Under the pieces are notes generated by a model. It had not been told where the DNA came from. It searched no databases and worked only from the letters and a program-made list of their open reading frames with translations. A stretch of DNA of 61,454 nt, the filler included, from Choristocarpus tenellus KU-1152 (Eukaryota; Protista; Phaeophyceae), in assembly GCA_964200185.2 (NCBI GenBank). It is 7 parts of 7 records of this genome, joined end to end, with 100 filler letters (N's around TTAATTAATTAA, not from the genome) between each part and the next. Parts side by side here need not be neighbours in the genome. Positions count along the whole stretch, not along the records: positions 19,415 to 35,377 come from CAXNAD020000894.1; 6 more parts are not named here. One strand, given 5' to 3'. This document shows, one piece after another, positions 22,401 through 33,328 of the stretch. The position numbers and the translations under genes are program-made. The first letter of the stretch is position 1. Each line of letters opens with the position of its first letter.

Positions 22401-25400
22401 ACCGGAAAAGAACCGACCAAGGTCAGAGAGGAAGGCCTATCCATTAACCAAACGAGGAGAGACAATGGAGGGTAAGGGGGGTACAGTCGCAGCATAAAAC
22501 AAAAATAATAATAACGACGAGGATTTGCATCGATACCCAGCATCGGAAGAGTACAATACCACAACTACTACTGGCACAATACCGCTACAGTAACATAACA
22601 GTATTGTAATAAGACGTTCAAAATCAAACAGAAGATAGTGACAAATACCAAACAGTGGCCTTTAGTCGGGGCCGAGAAAAGAAGGTAGAGTCACGGGGAC
22701 TGGGGCGGGGGAAGGAAGGGCCGCGAGCAGAGAGCCCGCGACTGCATCCGCACATCAAGTACTCGTTGCAGCGCTCCAACTCCCCTCTTGGCGTCTGCGA
22801 TGGTGAAGTTCACCCCCTGCATGGCAAAGTTGATGCTGTAGCAGAACCCCACAAACGACACCAACAGGGGGGCGTCCATGCTCCCCTTCACAATCTGCCG
22901 CACTCCGAAAGTCACCACGCTGATGATGCTGGGGGCGACAAAAGGCAAGCAAAGAGGGGGTGCCACACCGGTTAATCGAAAAATAGTCTGGCCGGCAAAG
23001 GAAACGCAACGGGGTGAAGTGGATCGAAAGGAATGTTGATTGTCCCCAAGAGATGGGCAGAAAAAGGGAGTCTCGGGTGCGTTTTGATCGCCACAGGACA
23101 GAAGCTTCTCGCCACTGCTCACACTAAGCACAGCACCACGATTCACACCATACGGCTGATAAGACACACACACACACACACACACAAAACAGCATCTACC
23201 TGTCCTCTGCTTGACCTCTCACTCTCCTCCTTACATCACCCACCCCCTTCCCATCAGACCCCTCCTTTGGACCTGACCTGAGGTAGATGGCTGCACGGTT
23301 CAAGGCTTCCAGTTTCCCTGTGGAAGCTCCGATCGAAATTGCCTGAGCAGAGGTCTCCTGCGTTACTGACTGAAATCTAGACAGCTCTCGACCTTCCGTG
23401 CCAAAACTGCGCACGCTACGAATATTCCGCACTGCCTGCCGTGGTGGCATTGTTTTTTTTGTTTCTTTTTGAGGGTCGTATGTATGGACAACCGGCGCGT
23501 TTCAGAGTGAATCAAAACAAGATACTAATGGGAAGGCGTTATGTGCAATACGATTAATGGGTGTAATGCACACAGGCACACCTCAGCGCTAATAGCAGCC
23601 TCTCTTCCTAGAGACTTTCCCTCCTCAGCTGTCATTGCTGCCAACCTCTTGCGCGACTCTGCCTGCACCCCAATGGATATCGCAAGGGGAGGGGGGAGGG
23701 ACAAAAGTCAGTCTAGGGAAAGAGTGGGAGGCATGACCCGTGACACCACTTGGTTGAGAAGAGGACAAAGGTAGAGAGACACTAGAATCAATAACTTTGC
23801 ACCGATTCTTTTTTAGCTTCAACTTGCACACGCAGAAATGTGCTCTCATGCCTCGCTGGAGGTGCTGCCACGTCACTTAAGTGCAAGCCGCGAAGACCTT
23901 TTTGGTGTTTTTATTCTTGGGCAGGAAGCAGGTGTCAAGCCAATTGAATGGCAGTGTATTCAAAAATGAAGAGGAAGAGGAGGAAGTGAAGTCCCTGACT
24001 CAGGCCACTTGAATTCGTCCACCAGAGAGAGGAATAATGAGAGACCGACGAGAACTACGGTAGGAGACAGAAATAATGCTTGATAATACCACTTCAGGAA
24101 AAAACAGGGCAAAAGAGGAGAGTTATACCTTTCCTTCAAAAAGTGCATTGGGAGGCTTTATCCATAATCGATGCAGTAATGGTGCATTTTGCAACTCCGA
24201 GGTATTGGCAGAGTCACAAAAAGGTCACACCATTTATGAGTCAGGACAATACACAGTTGGTGTGCTAATTCACAAGGACAACGGTTTTAGCATGCTGTGA
24301 GAAGACCAGATTGAAGGTGATGGGATATCCAGGTATGTGACATAGCACCGGCTTAAGTTCCAAGGACAACCCACCAGACCCCATGCAATGGCTGGTACCA
24401 CCATGAAGAATATCCATGCCAGCTGAGGGGACAACTTCAACAGGATCATCAACCCGAATGTGCTCTCCAGGATAGCACGGAGGCCCCTGTCTCGCTGAAG
24501 GTTACTCTGAAGGGCTGATTTTATCTCACGCACATCTGAAGTGACAGCTGATGTGACCTGAAAGGAAAACAACCAAAGTGGACCGTGGTCCACAGGAAAG
24601 ATTGACAAAGGACTTGTATGAGGCTGTAACAACTATATTGAAGTACTCACAAGGTTTTCCCCAGCCTTCAAACCCAAATATACTCTGCCTCCCAACAAAA
24701 CGAAGAACAAACCCTGGGAAACTGCAACAACATCTCCAATCCATATTCACAATCACACAATCACACACACACATTTGTCCTCATTCACCTTCGTGAAGCC
24801 TTTCATGTCGAAAAAGGCGATCTCTTGAGCGAGGATAGAGCGCATTGCCTCCACTCTCAGTCGAACAGCTGCCCGTTCCGCTACACCAGACATAATTCGC
24901 ACAAAAAAAACAGTAGCAACAGGTTCCACAATGTAGAGCACCCCAAGGATTCCGAGAGACCTGCTTAAGCGGCCCGACGCTAAGGCTGGGTCAAGGATAG
25001 CGGAATACACTCCCGCAAAGCAAAGGGGAATGCTCAGTGCTGCTGTCGTGCCCACCATTGCCCAGATCGTGGAGAGTAGCATCTTCATCAAGAAGGAGGG
25101 GGATGATAAAGGGACCAAGTGGAGATTTAGAATGGGCCAAGAGTTGGCAAGAAGAAAAGCTAATTCTACAAAGTAAATCCTGATCCTAACATTCCGAATT
25201 GCTTCGTCATGTCCTTGAGCCTAGTCGGCCCTGACGTGACAGCTACGTACCTCAGTGGACCGACTCGGCTCAAGGAGCTACCTCACATGAGCTACCTCGA
25301 AGATCTCTCGGCTTGGCGATATAATCATTGTTTCAAGAGCATTGTATTGTAGAACAACCAGATATCGGAAGGACAGGACAGACTAGCACTTTTTGAGGTT

Positions 25401-26041
25401 TGAACCAGAAAAACATGACAACATTGTCCATATTACACTCAGGAACCAGAGTCAGACGAGGGAGGCAAAGATGCAGCCGCGAAGAAGTTGGATGTTACCG
25501 GTACTCAGTGTCTTGTTCAGCAATGCTATACTTCCTGAACACTTGAAAAAACTCGGGATATTCAACCCTCCATGAGCAGTCTCACCTTATCAACCTCTGG
25601 CCGTAGCAACTCCATCACTTTGTCTCGCAGCGGCAAAGTTCTAGGAACCTCTACTGGTGCCTCTAGATCTGCTGGATTCCAGAGAGAGGACAATTGCAAG
25701 GGAGTTCTCACAACGGTGGCAGGTTCGATGGAGTTGAGCAGACGGTCTTGGCTTGGGGAAGTGGACGACCGACATCGTACTCGCCAGAGTAGATGACGAG
25801 CCTTGACTCCTAGTAACCTCGTGATTCCCATGTATGGCCCACCACTACATCGAATGATAGAAGCTCGACAGCATTGTGGCGTATTTGTTTGGGATGTCGA
25901 ACGTGTATTCCTTTTTACCGGAGATATTTGATGTCGTGAAACATCATTTGCCCATGGTACAGCACTTGGGACTGCGAATGCATCCATGGTGGACACGATG
26001 GCCCCAAAGTTAAGGCTTACAGTCAGTAGATGATACCCCAT
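19486..26041 (-). CDS. ABC transporter B family half-transporter, plastid-targeted (resembles the plant ABCB28/NAP8 type); 3' end lost at the contig break. Exons (minus): 26041-25586, 25082-24789, 24557-24375, 23662-23582, 23435-23278, 22928-22754, 21824-21648, 21136-20967, 20402-20256, 19597-19486
   Basis: TMD ([24 protein letters not shown]), [13 protein letters not shown], Walker [11 protein letters not shown]-loop LVGQNPALF, signature [14 protein letters not shown], Walker B ILVLDE; phase-compatible GT-AG junctions; leader [25 protein letters not shown]. Confidence 0.93.
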
Positions 26042-27727
26042 AGAATAGTGAAAGCAGTTGCAAAAAATGGCAGCTGGTCAGTATAAAGGAGGAAGATGCA
26101 ACGTAGGCTGAGGTCAAGTCAAACACCAAAATCGAATCATGTTACTAACAAAGACAGGAAAGACGCGGTGTGTAGACCTGGCACACGTTTGTGATTTGGT
26201 GCATATTCTATGATAACATGATCTATAAAAATAAATAACTCCAAATAATGAAATAATGGGTAGAACTGGGTTCGTCATCCATCTCCAATAGCTGTAGAAT
26301 ATTGTAGTATGGTGAGATCAAGTGGACTATTCAGAAATTCTTTTGGAGATTTTTTTTGAAAATTCAGACAAGTGTCACAAGGAGCATACAACATCATTGG
26401 TTGGAGGTTTTGTTAAGGATTTGTTTTTATTTATTCTGTTTTTGGTCTGTCAGTGTGGTGGGGTTGGGTTGCGTCTTTCGAGGGAAATGGGGAGGACTTT
26501 CCCACCACAAATAACCAGGTTCATTGGGGGACACCAAGACAGTAGCAACTAATCTAGCATTATTGAGCAGAAGCGGTCAGATGGATGCTTCTATTATTGG
26601 CTTGACTTGACCTTTTTGGTTGCCTGCTCTCTGACCTCACTGCTGGATCGGTCTTCTCATGGAGGGCCGAGAGATAGATATTAGCGACTAATTATGGTAA
26701 AATAATCAAAATAGGAATGCACTGACAGTCAGAACACATCTCTCCTTGATGAGTGTACCTTATTTAAAAAAAACTGTTTCCTTGTCTTCTAATCAACACT
26801 GCAATTGACTGCGTTATGCAGGACATGTACAGTCTTGATACCATACATTTGGTAGTATCCTAACCGAGGCAGTCACAAATGCATCTAGCGAGGGGTGAGC
26901 TGACTACCCATCATGAGGAAAGCTATGAACAGTGAAAGAGAACCATTAGAGGATGATCAATTGCTGTCAAACTGCAAAGCTTAGTAACGAGTGCAAAGAA
27001 GGCACATCCTGTCGTAAATTGTACAGGGTAAAGTGGCATTCATTGGCCTCTTTTTTGGTGAAATGATTTCTTTCACCTCTAGACAACAACAAGACAATTC
27101 ACACTTTCTTAGTAACACCAAGCCAACACTCTGAGTGTTAACATTCTGATGAATCCCCACAGGTAGAGGACAGCATGCATTGCGCAATTTTCGGATTGGG
27201 GTGTGTGATGATGTCGTGCTCTCTTTTGTCACAGATCTTGGTCCTACCTATCCATCTAATAATCGAGAAGATCACTACAAATGAAACCTTTTGATTCGTT
27301 GACTTCATTCACTGTAAATCTCCTGACTGCTCTGCATTTCTTTGTGGCCAAATCAAGGTGCATAGTGTTGTGTGCAAGCTTTTGTTCATTCGAGTACATC
27401 AAATCTTCGATTCACACACACTAAAGAAAACACCAAACATACTGTACATACATACCATTATCTTGTGAATGTTAGATACTTAACATTCACAGTATTTAAC
27501 AATTATGTTCTATTAGCATAACATAGCTTCAAATCCATCGTTAATTTATTTTCACATGTGTTACTAGTGTTGCGGAAAATCTGTTTTGGATGGAGTGCTG
27601 TGGGTTGATAACATGTTTCAAAACACTGACGCAAAGTATTAACATTGCTGTGCAATGAAAAGTTTTTGTCTAATAATGCAAAATATAAAAAGAAACACGA
27701 AAGAAGGTGTGCTTCAAATTTGTTGCA

Positions 27728-27990
27728 GATCAAAGTAAACGAGAGGTACCCAGGGTTGCATTTTAAGTATCCAAGCAAACACGTACAATATTCGACTTTT
27801 TTTTTTTACAAATACGTACAGGATGTTTACTGAAATTACGTCGAAAAGTCTCAAACAATGGAGAAATCAGCCCTCTCAAAGTCCACTTGGTGCTTTTTCC
27901 ATAGAGATATGGGTGAATTGAAAAAGATTGAAAAAATGACTCAAGATGCCAAACGGTCGAAACCTGAGCACCACTCGTTTACTTCGACTC
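27728..27990 (+). mobile_element. MITE family B copy (TIR ~GAGTCAAAGTAARCGAGAGGTACCCAG)
   Basis: gatcaaagtaaacgagaggtacccaggg ... cctgagcaccactcgtttacttcgactc; similar to four other copies. Confidence 0.85.
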
Positions 27991-28978
27991 TGTTGTGGCA
28001 ACAGAACATGTCTAGCTCTCAGTCATGTCTACGGGCTGGGCTTGATTCTGTAAAATTGGGTTGGAACGGAATTTATCAATAAAAGGTAGAGGTTGGAAGT
28101 GCCAGAGACCGGAACCGCATTACCAGAAGATGGTACACCACATCCACTAGAGTAGTCCAAAGTACATTGGTAGACATTGGGATGAACATAGTTGTCTGTA
28201 TTACAGCCTACAAAACACAGCTGTAGTACATGAAATGAAAAATTATTCAGTCCCCAAGAAAAAGTCAAGGACTCATGCGTTACAAAATGTTGCAGGGAAA
28301 AAAATATATAAACAGGATTCATTTTGCAAATATTTGATCTACTCTATAGTGTAGGGGGGAGGGGGGGGGCGGGGGTGAGGTTGTACCTCAAGTGTCGCAC
28401 TGGAAGGGAAACAGCTTGGATCACCATGGTATAGTTTGCTTGCCCTCCTTGTCATAATATCATTAAAAAGTCAAAACTCTCCTTGCTTCCGCACATGTGG
28501 ACAAGAGCGCATTGTTATCATGCCAAGGGACACAACAGGAAGCATGGTGTGCTCCACAACACAATGCCACACCTCTGCCCCCATCCCCTTAATAATCTAA
28601 TGCACTCTTGTCCATCATGGCAACGACAGTACCACAAACACACATGGGAGTTGGTAGTGAGTGCGATTGAAGAAAGCTCAAGGTTCACGCAAAAATATAT
28701 GGCAAGGGAACTGCACAAAGCATGCCACGAGACAAAGGCTCAGGCATGGGACACAGATTTCACAGATTGCCCTGGGAGGGCGCACTCAGTTGCCAAAATC
28801 AGGCAGGAAGTAGGGATTCCATCACATGACTTGCTTCTGTTGTTGTGTTGCGACCTTTACAAACATGCACATTCAATAGTTCCCTGTATGCGGCCAGGCC
28901 ACCACATACTTGCTCGTGATATCCCGAAAGTATGCTAACACCTGGCAAGCACAACATGATCCTAACTCATTCTTAGGT

Positions 28979-30219
28979 TTAGCTTTTGTTGCTGTTGACA
29001 ATGCTGGTAACACAGAAAACAGCAAGAAATGCAGTGGCAATCAATGCTCCCACTCGCCCAGCAAGTGTCAGTGTAGTCATGATAAGCCCCGCACTAACCA
29101 CCCCTGTCAGGATAGAGAGCATTGCCTACAAGCAAGAAGGTTCGAGGAAGGGTTCAACAGATAGTACAAACAGACACAGTACACAGGGAGACACAAATGT
29201 TGAGCAACGCAGGAGAAGATGAGAGTGTACAAATCGCTCATCTTCACATCAATTGTATGGAACATTATCATGAGGAGTATGTAAGCACAGAAGTGACTGG
29301 ATAGGCATCGATAAAAGATGCCTGACGGTGCTCGGTTCGATGGAAAATGATGGGAAAGATGGACAGATATTGATTGTGACTGGTTCTAAAATTTTCTTAT
29401 GGAAGTCGAATGCTCTGTCCCCACCTTTTGGAATGGCATGCCCAAGAGAAAAGCCCCCATGGCTCCTGTCCAAGCTCCCGTCCCAGGCAGGGGGATACCG
29501 ACAAAGAGAGTTAACGCCAGTGCCTGCGATTTCTCGTCCCCGAATTCCTCGGCCTTTGTACGAGCCCGATTTAGGACGGGCTCGGCGATCTTCTGAACGA
29601 ATTTGGAGCGCAGCGCCAGGAGTATAATGGGTATGGGGACCATGTTCCCCGCCACGCATAGAGCTAGGGTCTTCAGCGCAGGGATACCCATCCACACTCC
29701 TACCGGTACACCGCCACGAAGCTCAACTACGGGCATGGCCGAGATAACCATCAGGGTTGCCCAATCTGGGAGTCCACCACGCCTGAAAAAGTTTGCTATC
29801 TTTTGACCAGTGTGGAGGTGTTCCCCGGTACTGACAGCCGCTGTTGCAACGGCGGATGCCGGAGCGGGGTTGAGCAGCGTAATAGCAACACTAGCTGCCA
29901 CCATTGATGCAAATGCTAACCTGAATTTACGAGCTCCGACGTCCGACTTTTGAATCTCGGGAAAGAGAGACCGAAGTGCCGACCCCCCAGTCTTGAAGGT
30001 AGAATGTTTCATGAAAACGGAAACCCTAGCTGAGGGAACAGAATAACTTCTCGTACCCCAGGCTATTGAATCCTTCAGAGAAGAAGACGACATGCAGGGC
30101 GATGAAGGAAGCCCGCTACAATGCATCAAAGGTTGGACGACCTGTGGAGGATGTATGTAGAATGCCCTCACAGGTATCAGCATGGCCACCAACCCCACCA
30201 AGCCTCTAAAGCCCATCAT
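28979..30219 (-). CDS. Small multi-drug export family (Sm_multidrug_ex/COG2426) membrane protein, plastid-targeted; exons 30219-29425 and 29125-28979
   Basis: Motifs SAMPVVELRGGVPVG, GNMVPIP, LFVGIPLPGTGAWTGAMGAFLL; AAG|gtggg...tag|GCA junction; TAA stop; leader ...LIPVRA-FYI. Confidence 0.92.
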
Positions 30220-30435
30220 CGCTAATTACCTATCTCTCCACGCAACGGAGATAGCAAAAACGTTTTTACCTGCGACTGTTCAACCAAATCCAGAGATGTT
30301 ACACACTAATACTACCAAAAAATATTTGTTAGTAGTTAGAAACATACCCAATTTTGATAGCAAAACGCCTTTAGTTTGTTCATGTTTCGCAACTTGACCT
30401 CGCCCAGAATATGAGACGAAGAGCTAAAGGACAGA
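30220..30435. promoter_or_regulatory. Putative bidirectional promoter (216 bp between divergent ATGs)
   Basis: Head-to-head start codons at 30219 (-) and 30436 (+); inferred from geometry only. Confidence 0.55.
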
Positions 30436-32810
30436 ATGATCATCTCGGTATTGTCATTTCTTGCAGTGTGCTTATGCTCTACAGTATCCTTTGCTTTTAG
30501 ACCTGCAGCTAGCTCCACGAATTGGTGGGGGGAGGAAAACCGTGGGCGGCATCACTCCAATACTAAGACAGCACTAAGTGACTCCGTCAGAGAAGGATGT
30601 GACGCAGGAGGCAATCTCCTTTCTACAAGAGGTGATTTCGTCAATGGAATCCTTACCTCGGCCCTTGCTACCTCGTGTGTTGCAGCAACCATCGGGAACC
30701 CGTCGCAAGCAGCAGCGTTCTGTGGCGATCCGTACCCATCTTGGGCATATTTCCTCGACTTCGACGAGGTCATGATACCCTTCAATTTTCAGGGATACTC
30801 TGGAGAACTACTCGTGAGGACTGTTGGGAACAAAAAGGCGGCTGCTAAGGCAGGTGGATGACAGTCACAGTTCTCCCCACTGTGTGAGGACCATTTTCGA
30901 CTGTGGATGGCAATTTCGGAGTTCCTTTCCTGGTTTCTTCTCTAACTCTGTACGACGATATGTACACATCAGAGGAGTCTCTGGTGCTCGCACTACCTTA
31001 GCAGTATAGCGTCAAAGCAAATGCAACTTTAGGATAGCTAAGGGTCTGTATATGAGAATGAACCCCAATTACTTTGAGCCCTGATGTTGATGCTACTGGA
31101 AGATACAGACCTTCGTCCAACGTGAAATGAGTAGCTACTGAGCTCTTTTTGATTATACAATCCACTTCGACTTGTGTCCGACGTACGCCACCTGTACAGG
31201 CCAAGCACAACCCAATAGTTGTGATTCCTGGTGGACCTGGCCTGCCTCATGACTATCTCGAAACGTTAGAGGGCGCATCCCAGGATGATCGTGTAGTGGT
31301 GGAGTTTGATCCTATTGGGACTGGCTCATCTTCAGATCTACCTAAAGATCCCAAGCAAGACATGCCGAATCTATTCAGTTCTAGCTGTCTTTCAGCCCAG
31401 GTGTGTTGCAATGTTTGGTTTCTACAGTTCCAGTGGAGTGGTTAAGCACCTTTTTTTTCTTTACTCATTTACCTATGTGCATTCCTTGTCCTGACTATGT
31501 CTCCATGGATTCTCCAGTGAGTACTGAGTGTTTTTTTCTGTACAACACAACCACTAGTACTACTTCTATCTCTACATGTACACCTGTACATGCTGCCTGA
31601 ACCACTGTCCTCTCATTTTGGGAGAGACCTGTGCAACATATTGCTCCCCTTCAAGAAGTAATAGTGCCATTCTTCCCAACTCTTGTTCCCCATGGCAGGT
31701 GGATGCAGTACTTGGTCACCTAAAAATATCTTCGTATCATTTGTTCAGCCATGGATCTGCGTGCATGGTGGCCCTGGAAAAGGCAAGGGAATTGGGTTGC
31801 TCCCCTCCCAGACCACCTGGACCTGAGGGTGAGGTGGTCTTGTCAGTTACACTGGCTAGCCCTCTGCTCAATGGTGCAGTGATTCCAAAGGACTTCATGC
31901 AGGACCTGAGGACGACCTACGCAAAGGGAGAGGAGAAAAAGGTCATGTCCTCCTGTTTCACACCCCTTAACCTTCACCTCTCCTTAGCGCTTGATATCTG
32001 CGATGCCTTTGAAATATTGCCCATAGGTGCAAGGCTGTTGTGAAGGACTAGACTTTATTGATTTTCCCACAGTGGATAACCTCGGACTCTTCTACAACAC
32101 AGCCCTTGATGGTGCAGGCCACCGAATAGAGATACTAGACCTGTCTTCCAGTGGAATTTTGAACCACTTACTTAGCTCAGGAGAGGTCAACCCTATTTGA
32201 TGTGTTTGCACCATATGTTCTTCGATCTTTCTACTACAGGTGCCGCTTTGTCTTGAGACAGCTTTTACAGGAAGTAGTATGCAGGGATTCACCAAAACGG
32301 TTGCAGAACTCCATGAAGGGCAGGGGGCGAACCGACTTGAGCCTGTACCATGCCCTGTTCTCATCACCTACGGGGGGTGAGTGAGCTTACTTCCATTTCT
32401 CCTCACATCAGTACTGTTTTCGAACATGGAACATATGTTAAGACCCTGCCTCCCCTTGCTTTCCTTTTTCAATGTCTCACCCTGATGTCTGGGCTACTGG
32501 ATTGCCAATGACATATGTCCAGCCTACTTCTTAATGCCATGCCTAGAGCAGAGATGGCATGATGACATGATACACGTACGGTGGTGATTTAGGTGGTGGG
32601 GCTTGAGTTAATCCCTTTCAAGTCTTCTAATGATCCTGGACCTTTTCATCCCTCTGCCTTGCTTCTGGGTCATAGCCGTGATTTTGTTGGAGATCGGGTC
32701 ATTGAAGACCTGCAGCAGTCACTTTCTTCATCCAGTGGAACAGGGAGGGGGNNNNNNNNNNTTTTGGGGAGGGTCGGGTCATTGCCGCCCGCCAGTATTT
32801 CCTTGCTTGA
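30436..32810 (+). CDS. Proline iminopeptidase-like alpha/beta hydrolase with plastid and probable thylakoid-lumen leader; exons ~30436-30849, 31200-31400, 31699-31941, 32240-32376, 32676-~32810 (3' end disrupted by an N gap and poly-G)
   Basis: PIVVIPGGPGLPHDYL, VVEFDPIGTGSS, QVDAVLGHLKISSYHLF, PCPVLITYG, RDFV, GSGHC; phase-compatible junctions. Confidence 0.85.
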
Positions 32811-33115
32811 CCGGGGGGGGGGGGGGGGGGGGGGGGGAAGGTGCTAGTGAGGCGCTTTCCCAACAGTGGCTATCTAGCTCATCTGGATGAGCGAGAGGAC
32901 TTTGTGGGGGTGAGCAAGTTAGCATTTTCTCAATAGCAGCCTAGTAGCCGTTCTTTTTATGAAGTGATATATTTGAGCCAGGGTGAGCTGGATATTGGGT
33001 GTCACCTTTATTCCCTCTGTGTGTGTGGAGGGACATGCATTGTGATTTTTTTAAATCAGAAAGGAGTACACGCCTTCCTACTTTAATCTGCAATGGGTTG
33101 AACCTGACTGCTTTT

Positions 33116-33328
33116 GAGGCAAAGCAAATAAGTACCCAGAATGATGCCGACGGGTTTGTGTAAAATTTTTGTTTTTTTTTCAAATGTGTACAGGATATTA
33201 TCTGAATTGTGTCGGAAAAGTTTAAAAACGATAAGAGAGAAGTATATAATTCAATCACCATAGATACGAAAAATTGGCTTACAATGCAAAACCGCCAAAG
33301 ACTGGGTACCTCTTGTTCACTTTGTCTC
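33116..33328 (+). mobile_element. MITE family B copy (internally deleted)
   Basis: gaggcaaagcaaataagtacccag ... ctgggtacctcttgttcactttgtctc. Confidence 0.75.

Noticed and set aside
28483-28938. 151-aa plus-strand ORF downstream of the Sm_multidrug_ex gene
   Set aside because: Non-ATG start, no motifs, and lies antisense to the likely 3' UTR.
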